Positions 8,486 to 17,802 of a DNA stretch of 29,057 bases are shown piece by piece. The translations under genes and the position numbers were made by a program. Origin of the DNA: Candidatus Iainarchaeum sp. (GTDB lineage Archaea; Iainarchaeota; Iainarchaeia; Iainarchaeales; JAZDFD01); NCBI GenBank assembly GCA_043808155.1, contig JAZDFD010000011.1, positions 1 to 29,057 on the forward strand, in the 5' to 3' direction. The notes under the pieces were generated by a model. The model did no database searches and was not told where the DNA came from. It saw only the letters and a list, made by a program, of their open reading frames with translations. Every line of letters begins with the position of its first letter. Position 1 is the stretch's first letter.

Positions 8486-9055
8486 ATGCCTAAAAAAAGA
8501 ATTGATATCTGGAATCATCCTATTAATTGGGTTGGTTTTAGACATAAAGACAGAATGAGAATCTGGCCGTTTAAATATAGAGATATTAAAAAGGTTGATG
8601 AAACCGCAGGTGGCAGAAGACTGACTAATGCTGAACAGACTTCCTTGAGCTTTTTTAATAAACTTATAGGTGAGTTTCCAGAAGAAACTGGATCAAGACT
8701 TAGAAAAATGTTTAATCAAGCACTTATTGAAAAAGGTCAGCACGAAGGAGAAATTTTACATTTGACAGGTGATTTGAAAACAGACAGAGTCATCCATGAA
8801 GAGACACAGAAAATTAGACTTTTAACAGGGGAAATCGACAAAAAAAAAGCAAAAATTAAAGATTTTCTCAGAAAAAAAGAATATTTGAAAAAAGAACAAA
8901 CAATAATATCCGGAAACTCGCTTCGGGGGAACCTTTTGGATGTTTCAAATTTAGAGGCACAAATTAGTGTTTTAGAAGCTGAGATATTGGAACACGAAGG
9001 AAAGGTTGCTCAACACAAAGAAGAAGTAATTATTGCATTAACAAGTTATCTTTAG
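8486..9055 (+). CDS. Hypothetical protein with a basic N-terminus and predicted coiled-coil C-terminus
   Basis: 189-aa ORF filling the gap between nadE and RuBisCO; heptad-like C-terminal region; no family recognised. Confidence 0.7.
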   Translation: MPKKRIDIWNHPINWVGFRHKDRMRIWPFKYRDIKKVDETAGGRRLTNAEQTSLSFFNKLIGEFPEETGSRLRKMFNQALIEKGQHEGEILHLTGDLKTDRVIHEETQKIRLLTGEIDKKKAKIKDFLRKKEYLKKEQTIISGNSLRGNLLDVSNLEAQISVLEAEILEHEGKVAQHKEEVIIALTSYL

Positions 9056-9071
9056 AAATAACAGACTTAAC

Positions 9072-10313
9072 TTAATTTTTCCATTTCTTCAAAGCGGATT
9101 TTAATTCAGGATGCACTAATGCATATTTCTCCAGAGGCACTTTGTTCATTGCTGCGTGAACTGCTTGGAGCATTGCTTTTGCGCCTGCTGTGGTGCCCTG
9201 CGGATGTCCATGAATTCCTCCGCCTGCCTGAATTGCAATATCATTTCCCATTAGTTTCATCATTTCGGGAACGAGTGTCGGATAAACTCCACCCGATGCA
9301 ACAGGAAGTGTTGTTTTAATTCCGGGCATGTTTATTTTTGAACGCATAGCATTATTGATTTCAATTACTTCATCACGCGAGCCTTCCATTTTTCCTAATA
9401 CAGTTCCAGTGTGAAGCTGGTCCATTCCGCAAAGTCTGCAGAATTTTGCAAATACAAGCATTGAAATGCCGTGGTCTTTGCTGCGAGTGAATGCAGCGTG
9501 CCCTGCTCTGTGCGCATGGAAAACTAATTTGAAATTTTCATTGCGAAGTGATTGTAATGCAGAAAAACCAACTGTTACAACATCAACCATCAAATATTTT
9601 CCAGAGTGTGATTTCACAAACTCTGCGCGTTTAATCATCTCATCATAAGGTGCGGAAATATTTGGCATGTAAACTTTTACATCACCAGTTTTTGTTTCTG
9701 CTTTGTCAAGTAAATTCAGAGTTTTTGAAATTCGGGAATTGAATTCATTAAATTTCATTGAAGTAAGGTTTTCATCATCCTTTACAATGTCACAGCCACC
9801 AATCCATGCATCATAGGCAACTTTTGCATGCTTTGCAGGATTTAAACCAAGCTTTGGTTTTACAATTGTTCCAACTAATGGGCGTTCTTTAATTTTCAGT
9901 AATTTTCTGATTCCTTCAATCCCATAATAAGGACCTTTGAATTTTTTTAAATAATTTTTTGGGAAAGTAATGTCTTCAAAACGCAGACCAGAAACTAATT
10001 TCATTCCGTAAATATTTCCTGCAATTGAGGAAAGCGTTTGAGGTATGTTTCCTGCTTCAAAAAGTTCTTCAGGATAAGCAATTGAAATGAGTTTTGTTTT
10101 CGGATTTTGTTTGAAAATTGTAGGTTTGAGTTTTTTTGCCATTTTTTTGTCTTCAGTGTAAACTTCAGTCCAGGTTCCGATTGAAGATTCACCTGCAACT
10201 GCATTTGCAGCTTCTGAAAAAGAAACCCCTTTTGAAGAAACTCTGAAAGTCGCAACTAAATCCCGTGAAGTTGGTTTGTATTTGGTATTTGTAAATCCCG
10301 AATAAGTTGACAT
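9072..10313 (-). CDS. rbcL: Ribulose-1,5-bisphosphate carboxylase, form III (archaeal type)
   Basis: AGESSIGTW, IAGNIYGMK, GTIVKPKLGL, DIVKDDE (carbamylated-Lys motif), HAHRAGHAAFTR, LHTGTVLGKMEG, SGG, GGGIHGHP; 413 aa; no small subunit; AGGTGA RBS. Confidence 0.95.
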   Translation of the reverse strand: MSTYSGFTNTKYKPTSRDLVATFRVSSKGVSFSEAANAVAGESSIGTWTEVYTEDKKMAKKLKPTIFKQNPKTKLISIAYPEELFEAGNIPQTLSSIAGNIYGMKLVSGLRFEDITFPKNYLKKFKGPYYGIEGIRKLLKIKERPLVGTIVKPKLGLNPAKHAKVAYDAWIGGCDIVKDDENLTSMKFNEFNSRISKTLNLLDKAETKTGDVKVYMPNISAPYDEMIKRAEFVKSHSGKYLMVDVVTVGFSALQSLRNENFKLVFHAHRAGHAAFTRSKDHGISMLVFAKFCRLCGMDQLHTGTVLGKMEGSRDEVIEINNAMRSKINMPGIKTTLPVASGGVYPTLVPEMMKLMGNDIAIQAGGGIHGHPQGTTAGAKAMLQAVHAAMNKVPLEKYALVHPELKSALKKWKN

Positions 10314-10373
10314 TATTTCACCTGTGAATAATAGGAGTTAAGTTATTTAAAAGAGTTTATACTTTCATATACC

Positions 10374-10973
10374 ATGAACAAAAAAGACCGCGTGATAATT
10401 GTTTCTGGATTAGCTGGTTCTGGAAAAAGCACATTAGCCCAAAATCTTGCGGAAAAATTTGGAATGCGATGTGTTCATGCTTCCGGGATTCTTAGGGAGC
10501 TCATGGAAAAGCATGTTGATGAGATTACAGAAGGCGCGGGAAAAAACACTGGCTGGTGGGAATCAAAGGAAGGAAGGAAATTCCTTGAAAGCAGAACAAA
10601 GGATGGGAAATTTGACAGAATGCTGGACAAGAAACTTCTGGAGATTATTGAGCAGGGAAATGTAGTGCTTGATTCATGGACAATGCCCTGGCTTAGTAAA
10701 AAGGGTTTCAAAATATGGCTGGATGCAAGTGTCAAGATTCGCGCAAAACGCGTATCAGGACGTGATGAGAAATCAATTGACGAAGTAGAAGAATCGATTC
10801 GGGAAAGAGATATAAAAACATCAAAAATTTACAAAAAGTTATATGGATTTGATTTGGGAAGAGATATGACTCCATTTGATTTCGTGTTAAAGACAACCAA
10901 CCTGAAACAGAAGGCTGTGTTTGAAAAATCAGTTGAGGCACTTAAAAAGGCAGACAGCGATAGTTTTAATTAG
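10374..10973 (+). CDS. cmk: Cytidylate kinase, archaeal type
   Basis: IIVSGLAGSGKST P-loop, DRMLD, IWLDASVKIRAKRVSGRD, YKKLYGFD...FD. Confidence 0.85.
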   Translation: MNKKDRVIIVSGLAGSGKSTLAQNLAEKFGMRCVHASGILRELMEKHVDEITEGAGKNTGWWESKEGRKFLESRTKDGKFDRMLDKKLLEIIEQGNVVLDSWTMPWLSKKGFKIWLDASVKIRAKRVSGRDEKSIDEVEESIRERDIKTSKIYKKLYGFDLGRDMTPFDFVLKTTNLKQKAVFEKSVEALKKADSDSFN

Positions 10974-11049
10974 TGGAAATGTGTAATATTGACAACAAGA
11001 ATAGTGACGATAAATTAATGAATGAAAGATGTATAAGTGGTGATTTTGT

Positions 11050-11754
11050 ATGGATAGAGTAAAAACATTAATTCCCGGGCTTGACAGTCTGGTTCAGGGC
11101 GGAATTCCTGAAGGAAGTGCAGTTTTAATTTCGGGCGGTGCAGGAAGCTGTAAAACAATATTTGCACTGCAATATTTATATGAAGGCGCAGTACAGGAAA
11201 AAGAACCAGGCTTATTTGTGACTTTAGAAAGCAATGTGAAAAACATTACATGGAACATGCAGAACTTTAACTGGGATTTTAAGAAACTGCAGGATGAAAA
11301 ATTACTTAATATTTACAGACTGAAACTTGATGCAGACGGAGACATAGATGAACAGATTGAATCAGAATTAGAAATTGTTTCATCAATTGTTAAAGAAATG
11401 GGTGCAAAACGATTGGTAGTTGATTCAACAACTGCATTTGGCGTATGGATTCCTGATCCAGGACAAATAAGAAGTCTTCTTTACAAATTCACAGATGGTC
11501 TGAAGAATATTGGCTGTACAACATTACTGACATCAGAAACAAAAGGTGGCAGAAAAGATTTTTCCGCTTTCGGTGTTGAAGAATTTGTTGTTGATGGTGT
11601 TATTGCATTGTATTTCACTCCGCCCCACAGAAGTATTTTTATCAGAAAAATGCGCGGAACAGATCACAGTAAATCAATACATCCTTTTGAAATAACAAGC
11701 AAAGGAATTGAAGTACGTGGAAAAGAGCAAATTATGTGGGACGCAATACAATAA
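11050..11754 (+). CDS. KaiC-like single-domain RecA-superfamily ATPase
   Basis: RVKTLIPGLDSLVQGGIP, Walker A GGAGSCKT, FVTLE, Walker B LVVDS, EEFVVDGVI, IRKMRGTDHS. Confidence 0.92.
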   Translation: MDRVKTLIPGLDSLVQGGIPEGSAVLISGGAGSCKTIFALQYLYEGAVQEKEPGLFVTLESNVKNITWNMQNFNWDFKKLQDEKLLNIYRLKLDADGDIDEQIESELEIVSSIVKEMGAKRLVVDSTTAFGVWIPDPGQIRSLLYKFTDGLKNIGCTTLLTSETKGGRKDFSAFGVEEFVVDGVIALYFTPPHRSIFIRKMRGTDHSKSIHPFEITSKGIEVRGKEQIMWDAIQ

Positions 11755-11766
11755 AGTGTTGGTTTT

Positions 11767-12402
11767 ATGGCTGGCAAAGGAAGTTCGGAAATTAAGATAG
11801 TTGGCGATAAAGTAAATTCAAACATTAAGATAATGGAAATCGGATTTAACTTAAAGTACAATATAAAAAAATCCACTAAGTCACTGCCGGAAAATTTTTT
11901 GCTTCTTGTTGTTGTGAAAACAAAAAATTACACTAGCTTAGTGTCTGCTTTTTTGGATATTTTTACTAATGATGAGAAAAAGAAGGGCATTTATCTTACA
12001 ACAAATAAAGCATATGATAAAATAAAACACGTTCTTGAAAAAGAAAAGAACCCGATTGATTTCAAAAAAGTTTTTTTCATAGATTGCATGGGCAAAAAAA
12101 TTGCAGAAGAGGATAAAAAAGATGCAATTTCTGCTGCACCTCAGAACCTTACTGAATTGAATCTTATAATTGATTCTGCGATTAAGGACAGAGATGTGTC
12201 ATTCATTATTGTTGATTCACTTTCAACATTTTTCATATATAATCAGCCGAAAGAAATTGAGAAATTTATAAGATCAGTTATCACAAAACTGAATGATAAT
12301 AAAGTTAAGGGTGTTTTTATCACAAACAAAACAAGATCAAATGAATCTGCAATTGATGAAATTTCACTATTTTTTGATGAAACACTTGAAATGAGTGTTT
12401 AA
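11767..12402 (+). CDS. Degenerate (Walker A-less) KaiC-like / DUF835-like RecA-fold protein
   Basis: KGIYLTTNK, VFFIDC, LTEL, FIIVDSLSTFFIYN, FFDE pattern with no GKT; follows the KaiC-like gene. True start may be ATG 11833. Confidence 0.7.
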   Translation: MAGKGSSEIKIVGDKVNSNIKIMEIGFNLKYNIKKSTKSLPENFLLLVVVKTKNYTSLVSAFLDIFTNDEKKKGIYLTTNKAYDKIKHVLEKEKNPIDFKKVFFIDCMGKKIAEEDKKDAISAAPQNLTELNLIIDSAIKDRDVSFIIVDSLSTFFIYNQPKEIEKFIRSVITKLNDNKVKGVFITNKTRSNESAIDEISLFFDETLEMSV

Positions 12403-12609
12403 TTACTTATTTTTCATCGCAAGTTTGATATCTGCATCAGTGATAGTTTTTCTGTTGGCGTGTTTTGCAAATACAGCTGCCTGCTGGGAGATTTTAATTC
12501 CTTCTTCTTCTAAAATTCCTGCAAGTACTTCAACTGCATCTTCACTTACTCTTATTCCGCCAGCTTTTCTTATTATCCTATCAACTGCTGCTAATGGTAA
12601 TTCACCCAT
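12403..12609 (-). CDS. Archaeal histone (HMf family)
   Basis: 68 aa, MGELPLAAVDRIIRKAG..RVSEDA...AKHANRKTITDADIKLA histone-fold signature. Confidence 0.97.
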   Translation of the reverse strand: MGELPLAAVDRIIRKAGGIRVSEDAVEVLAGILEEEGIKISQQAAVFAKHANRKTITDADIKLAMKNK

Positions 12610-12671
12610 AAAAAACCCTCATTCAAGTTTATTTTAATTAATATTCCTAAAATACATTGGAGATTAAATAA

Positions 12672-12686
12672 TATATAAATATTTCG
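12672..12686 (-). promoter_or_regulatory. BRE-TATA promoter of the histone gene
   Basis: Minus strand reads CGAAATA-TTTATATA, about 60 nt upstream of the histone ATG, which has a TGAGGG RBS. Confidence 0.65.
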
Positions 12687-12822
12687 CCTTTTTAAGAGAA
12701 AAAAGGCCTTTTTAGGGCTTCCTTTTGAGTTAAAATCTGAAAAACAGGATATTTGTGAGTTCAGGGGAAATGCGCTTATGAAAGCTTTAAAATAAACAAT
12801 TCAGGATTTAATTAATAGTAAT

Positions 12823-15162
12823 TTGAGTAATTCACAAATTAATGGTTTGATTCACTTGGAAAAATTTATTTCACACCCGCTTATTAAAGAAAATGTAGTC
12901 CAGAGCAGACTCTATCAGGAAGTTCTTACTGCAAAAATTATTGATAAGGGTAATTCATTAGTTGTGGCTCCGACTGCGCTGGGAAAAACACTTGTTGCAG
13001 TAATGCTGTCCGCATATTTATTGAAGAATGATTCAAAAAAGAAAATCCTCTTTTTAGCTCCGACAAAACCACTTGCTGTTCAGCATGAAAACACATTCAG
13101 GAAATTTATGACAATCCCTGAAGATAAAATTACTCTGCTGACAGGAACTACAAATGCAAAAGAAAGAATCGCAATGTGGGATAATGCAACAATTGTAAAT
13201 GCAACACCTCAGACAATTGAGAATGATGTTCTAAACAGAAGAATCACATTAGATGATGTTGCACTGTGCATTTTTGATGAAGCACACCGTGCAGTAAAAG
13301 ATTACAGCTATGTGTATATTGCGAGAAAATATCAGCTGCAGGCAAAAGACCCATTGATTTTGGGTTTGACTGCATCACCAGGGAGTACTGATGAAAAAAT
13401 TCAGGAAGTTTGTAAGAATCTTTTCATAAAAAATATTGAAATTAAAAGAGCTTGTGATGCAGATGTTAAACCATACACAAACGAAATTGAGATGGAATGG
13501 GTGCGTGTGAATCTTCCTAATGAATTCACTGAAATTCAGAAACATCTGAATTCGTTTATGAGTAAACAGTTAATTGCTTTGAAAAAATTTGGTTTAGTTA
13601 AGACTTCTGATTTGAGATATTACAATAAAGTGCGTTTGCTTGAAATGCAATCACGCATCAGGAGACAGCTTTCATCTGCACCACAGACACAGCCTTCGCT
13701 TTTTGCTGCAATTTCAAAAATTGCTGCTTTACTGAAAGTAAGTCATGCATTAATTCTGCTTGAGACTCAGGGAATTTACGCACTTAAAGATTATTTTGAC
13801 AGAATGGAAGGCAAAGTTGGCAAGGCGGGTTCGCCAAAAGCACTTAATGTTGTAATGAATGATGAGGGAATTAAAAAATCAATTGAGCTAACAAAAGAAC
13901 TTTACGCGAAAAAAGTGAATCACCCAAAAATAGAAGCACTTGGTAAAATTCTGAAAAGACAATTCACACTTCACCCCGAAAGTAAAGTAATTATTTTCAA
14001 CCAGTACAGAGATTCAATAAAAACAATTGTAGAATATTTAGAAGGATTTGAAAACGTAAAACCAAAAAGATTCATAGGTCAGGCAACAAAAGTTAATGAC
14101 AAGGGAATGACTCAGAAGGAACAAACAAATGCAATTGAAGATTTGAAAGACGGAACATACAATGTGTTAGTTGCAAGCTCTGTTGCAGAAGAGGGTCTGG
14201 ATATTCCTTCAGTTGATTTGGTTATTTTTTATGAACCAGTTCCGAGTGAAATCAGAACAATTCAGAGACGCGGAAGAACTGGGAGACTGAAGAAAGGAAA
14301 AGCAATTATTTTAATGGCGCGGGGTACACGTGATGAAGCATATTACTGGGCATCAAATGCAAAGGAAAAAAGAATGCATAAAACACTCGGGTTTTTGAAA
14401 GATGATTTAGCAGGTCAGCAGAGAAAAAGTGACGCTCAGAAAACAGAGACCCGAAAAACAGATACTTCCGGCCAGACTACACTATCCAAATTCGATTCTG
14501 AAAACATGGACAAAGTAATTATTTACGCAGATTCACGTGAGCAGAATTCATCTGTATTGCGTGAACTGGAAGAACGCGGATGTTACATAAAAACAAAACA
14601 GCTCGATGTCGGGGATTATGTTCTGACAAATGATATTGTTGTGGAAAGGAAAACAATTGATGATTTTCTCTCAAGTATGCTTGATGGAAGACTTTTCAAT
14701 CAGATGATTAAAATGACTGAAACCTATGACATGCCTTTGATTTTAGTTGAGGGCGACAAAAATGAAATGTTTTCATTAAGGAATGTGCACAGAAATGCAA
14801 TAATTGGTGCAATGACCTCGATTGCTTTGAATTACCGCGTGCCGATTCTTTTTACAGATAATGCAAAGGAAACAGCAGAGTATCTTTATGTTACTGCAAA
14901 ACGTGAGCAGTTGGGAAAGGGTAAAGACATTAGATTGAGAACAGGAAGGAAAGGTTTAACTCAAAGTGAAATGCAGCAATTCATTGTTGAGAGCTTCCCT
15001 CTTACAGGCCCTAATACTGCAAAAGCTATGCTCAAGCATTTTGGAAGTGTGAAGAATATTGTTGATGCAGATGTGAAGGCGCTTCAGGAAGTAGATAATA
15101 TTGGGGACAAGAAAGCCAAAAAAATAAGGAAAATTCTGGATTCAGGATATAAGGAAAAATAA
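12823..15162 (+). CDS. hef: Hef: FANCM-like SF2 helicase fused to an ERCC4/XPF nuclease and (HhH)2 domain
   Basis: APTALGKT, DEAH, LGLTASPG, EEGLD, QRRGRTGR; nuclease motifs DSRE, GDY, ERKTIDD; C-terminal HhH. Start may be TTG 12856. Confidence 0.95.
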   Translation: MSNSQINGLIHLEKFISHPLIKENVVQSRLYQEVLTAKIIDKGNSLVVAPTALGKTLVAVMLSAYLLKNDSKKKILFLAPTKPLAVQHENTFRKFMTIPEDKITLLTGTTNAKERIAMWDNATIVNATPQTIENDVLNRRITLDDVALCIFDEAHRAVKDYSYVYIARKYQLQAKDPLILGLTASPGSTDEKIQEVCKNLFIKNIEIKRACDADVKPYTNEIEMEWVRVNLPNEFTEIQKHLNSFMSKQLIALKKFGLVKTSDLRYYNKVRLLEMQSRIRRQLSSAPQTQPSLFAAISKIAALLKVSHALILLETQGIYALKDYFDRMEGKVGKAGSPKALNVVMNDEGIKKSIELTKELYAKKVNHPKIEALGKILKRQFTLHPESKVIIFNQYRDSIKTIVEYLEGFENVKPKRFIGQATKVNDKGMTQKEQTNAIEDLKDGTYNVLVASSVAEEGLDIPSVDLVIFYEPVPSEIRTIQRRGRTGRLKKGKAIILMARGTRDEAYYWASNAKEKRMHKTLGFLKDDLAGQQRKSDAQKTETRKTDTSGQTTLSKFDSENMDKVIIYADSREQNSSVLRELEERGCYIKTKQLDVGDYVLTNDIVVERKTIDDFLSSMLDGRLFNQMIKMTETYDMPLILVEGDKNEMFSLRNVHRNAIIGAMTSIALNYRVPILFTDNAKETAEYLYVTAKREQLGKGKDIRLRTGRKGLTQSEMQQFIVESFPLTGPNTAKAMLKHFGSVKNIVDADVKALQEVDNIGDKKAKKIRKILDSGYKEK

Positions 15163-15259
15163 TGGGTGGTACTGTGCAGAAAAGCACCTTAACACAGAAC
15201 ATACCTTAAAAAATCAGAAGGAAATAAAAGCAGTTAATTCATTTATATTCTGTGATTAA

Positions 15260-16720
15260 ATGAAATTTGACAAAGGATTAGTTGCAGTTGTTTTAATCTG
15301 CACTTTGGTGTTCACAACTTTGAATTTTGCTCAGGATACGCTTTTCAATGACGGGTATTATCACATTCAGTTTGCGAATCAGATGAAATCCGAAATTGGT
15401 ATGCTTCCAAAATCACTCCCCAATATTTACTATTCCATATGGAACACAGATTTCACAGATAAACATTATTTATTTCATTTAGCATTGATTCCGTTTACAT
15501 TTTTTGATGATTTGGTTTTTGGGGCTAAAATTGCAAATATTTTCTTTGCGATTTTGATGTTTGTTGCGTTTTATTTTTTGATGAAAAAAATGGATGTTAA
15601 TAATCCTGCAATTGCAACTATATTTCTTGGATTGTGTTCAAGTACATTTATTTTCAGAATGATTCTCCCCCGTGCAATTTCATTTGGAATTCTTTTTCTG
15701 ATTCTGGGGCTTTATTTCATAAAAGATAAAAATTACAAAGCACTGGGAATTACTGCATTTCTTTTTGTATGGGCATACGCTGCTTATCCGATTCTCATTG
15801 TGAGTGTGTTCGTATTACTGATTATTGAATATTTCTTTTTTAGAGAAAAGTATTTTGAAAATGTTGAACATAACAGAAACGTGATAAAATATGTGTTAAT
15901 TGGAACGCTTTTGGGGATTATAATAAATCCGTTTTTCCCTGCAAATATTATTAATGCAGTTAATGTGGATTTGGAAGCATCACTTTTCAGAATTCCTGAA
16001 CTGGGGAATGTTGAATGGTCAAGTACTTCATCAATTGATTTTTTGTCTGGTTCTGCTTTGGTTTTTGGACTTGTGTTTTTTGTTATTTTCATTTATTTGA
16101 AAAGAGGAGAAAAAATGGAATTACCTCAGATGAAATATTTCCTGCTTTGTGTTTTCTTAATAATATTGAGTGCAAAAGCAATAAGGATTGTTGACTTCCT
16201 GATTCCCTTTTTAGTTATTTTTACATTTAGCGCATTAACAAAGTTAGGCTATCATTTTTCAATTGACTGGAAAGACATGAAACAATTATTAGTTGCAGGA
16301 CTTGTGATGGCAGTAATGTTAGTCCCTGCTGGTGCGTCATATATGTATTATCAAAATCTTGAATATAGTGATTTTTCTGAATGCGCAAACTGGATTTCAG
16401 AAAATGTTCCTGAAAAAAGCATAATTTACAATGCAGTTTATGATGATTTTCCCCAGCTTTATTTCTATCTTCCAAATCATTATTTTATTTCAGGAATGGA
16501 TGAGTATTATCTTTACAAATATGACAAGGATTTGTGGCAGCTGCAGAGGGATTTCTGGGATGGAAATGTCAGTGCTGAGAAAATAAGTGAAAATTTCAAT
16601 ACACAAACTATTTTCATAGAGAAATCCCAAAGAAAAAATCTAACTGACAAATTAAAGAAACGAGACGATTATAAACTGGAATTTGAAAATACAGAATGCA
16701 GTGTTTTCAGCATAACTTAA
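15260..16720 (+). CDS. Polytopic membrane protein, probable GT-C-fold glycosyltransferase
   Basis: About 11-13 hydrophobic segments, acidic/aromatic first external loop (DGYYH...DKHYLFH), EW motif and a C-terminal soluble domain. Function is inferred from architecture. Confidence 0.6.
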   Translation: MKFDKGLVAVVLICTLVFTTLNFAQDTLFNDGYYHIQFANQMKSEIGMLPKSLPNIYYSIWNTDFTDKHYLFHLALIPFTFFDDLVFGAKIANIFFAILMFVAFYFLMKKMDVNNPAIATIFLGLCSSTFIFRMILPRAISFGILFLILGLYFIKDKNYKALGITAFLFVWAYAAYPILIVSVFVLLIIEYFFFREKYFENVEHNRNVIKYVLIGTLLGIIINPFFPANIINAVNVDLEASLFRIPELGNVEWSSTSSIDFLSGSALVFGLVFFVIFIYLKRGEKMELPQMKYFLLCVFLIILSAKAIRIVDFLIPFLVIFTFSALTKLGYHFSIDWKDMKQLLVAGLVMAVMLVPAGASYMYYQNLEYSDFSECANWISENVPEKSIIYNAVYDDFPQLYFYLPNHYFISGMDEYYLYKYDKDLWQLQRDFWDGNVSAEKISENFNTQTIFIEKSQRKNLTDKLKKRDDYKLEFENTECSVFSIT

Positions 16721-16781
16721 AAACTAAGATTTATATAGCTCCTAATCCATTATAAATATCAGAACTTAAAGGTGATTTTTT

Positions 16782-17144
16782 ATGGTTGATATTATAGATA
16801 CGGAATTGGGTGCAATAGATGAACTTGTAACTGCATTAACTGCAGAGCATGGAAGAGTAAAAAGCATTAATGCAATAAGGGCAGGAAACTGCGAAAAATA
16901 CATAAAACAGTTAGTGGAGGTTCGCAAATCTGTTGCTGAAGGGACTTCTCTAAAAGAAAATCCTTCATTATGGAGTAGCTTTGAAGGAGTAAGAGCAAAA
17001 ACAATAACTTTAGTTGGAATAACCAAAATTCCTAAAGCTGTTGGCTTAGATACACACTATGAACCACAAAAAGCAACCAGAGTAAAACCAAAAGAGACAA
17101 AAAAAAGGCCAGGCTGCAATCCACTCACAAGACATGTAAAATGA
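16782..17144 (+). CDS. Hypothetical protein
   Basis: 120-aa ORF with an AGGTGA RBS and TATA-like sequences upstream; no family recognised. Confidence 0.7.
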   Translation: MVDIIDTELGAIDELVTALTAEHGRVKSINAIRAGNCEKYIKQLVEVRKSVAEGTSLKENPSLWSSFEGVRAKTITLVGITKIPKAVGLDTHYEPQKATRVKPKETKKRPGCNPLTRHVK

Positions 17145-17220
17145 GTTCTAGGCTTTTTTAAAAAATCCAAAGCTTTTTAATTGTTGCACTGCAGATAATT
17201 ATTCTGAAATAAGTGATATT

Positions 17221-17622
17221 ATGACACAATGGCATAGAAAATCAAAAAGAACTTCAACTGGCGGAAAAAGACATTCCATCAAAAGAAGAGACAAAAGACT
17301 GACCGAGAAAGGCGGAAATCCTTCAATGACACAGGTAGATGAAAATACAGATAAGAGAGTGTCAATAAAGGGACGTGGTCATACCTCCAAAGTACAGCAA
17401 AGACTAGCCAAGTATGCGAATGTTACAGACCTTAAAACAAAGAAAACACACAAATTAGAAGTTATTTCAGTATTGAAAAATGATGCTAATAGACAATATG
17501 CCAGAACCAATATCATCACAAAAGGCGCTGAAATAGAGGTTAAAGACAAATCAGGGGTTAAAACTGCAGTTGTGACCTCAAAACCAGGACAATCAGGTAT
17601 TGTTTCAGCAGTATTTAAATAA
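17221..17622 (+). CDS. rps8e: 30S ribosomal protein S8e
   Basis: QWHRKSKRTSTGG, NDANRQYARTNIITKGA, AVVTSKPGQSG. Confidence 0.95.
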   Translation: MTQWHRKSKRTSTGGKRHSIKRRDKRLTEKGGNPSMTQVDENTDKRVSIKGRGHTSKVQQRLAKYANVTDLKTKKTHKLEVISVLKNDANRQYARTNIITKGAEIEVKDKSGVKTAVVTSKPGQSGIVSAVFK

Positions 17623-17670
17623 TTCAAAGAGAGTCTTTTTTTTGGGAAAATAATTATGTAGAAGAAAGGG

Positions 17671-17707
17671 GAAACATTTATAAAGGTGGCGTGAGGCTAT
17701 TTATATA
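17671..17707 (+). promoter_or_regulatory. Candidate tfb promoter with two TATA-like boxes
   Basis: GAAACA-TTTATAAA (17671-17684) and a second TTTATATA (17700-17707). Confidence 0.5.
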
Positions 17708-17802
17708 TCTTACCACAACACATCTAATTTCTTTTATTTGGGGAAAGGGAATGAAATTTTTTGTGTGACTGGATTATACTAATTTATGTTGGAGGCGATG
17801 AA

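Noticed and set aside
9072-10313. Calvin-cycle autotrophy, or a RuBisCO-like protein (form IV)
   Set aside because: No small subunit or phosphoribulokinase in the window, and the active-site motifs fit a true form III enzyme.
12395-12637. 80-aa plus-strand ORF and the other short antisense or nested ORFs in the track (e.g. 124-402, 19716-20201, 20719-21117)
   Set aside because: Shadows of well-supported genes, with no recognisable motifs.
15163-15210. Possible structured RNA downstream of hef (CTGTG/CACAG, GTGC/GCAC)
   Set aside because: Short, mutually competing stems, a single copy and no covariation evidence.
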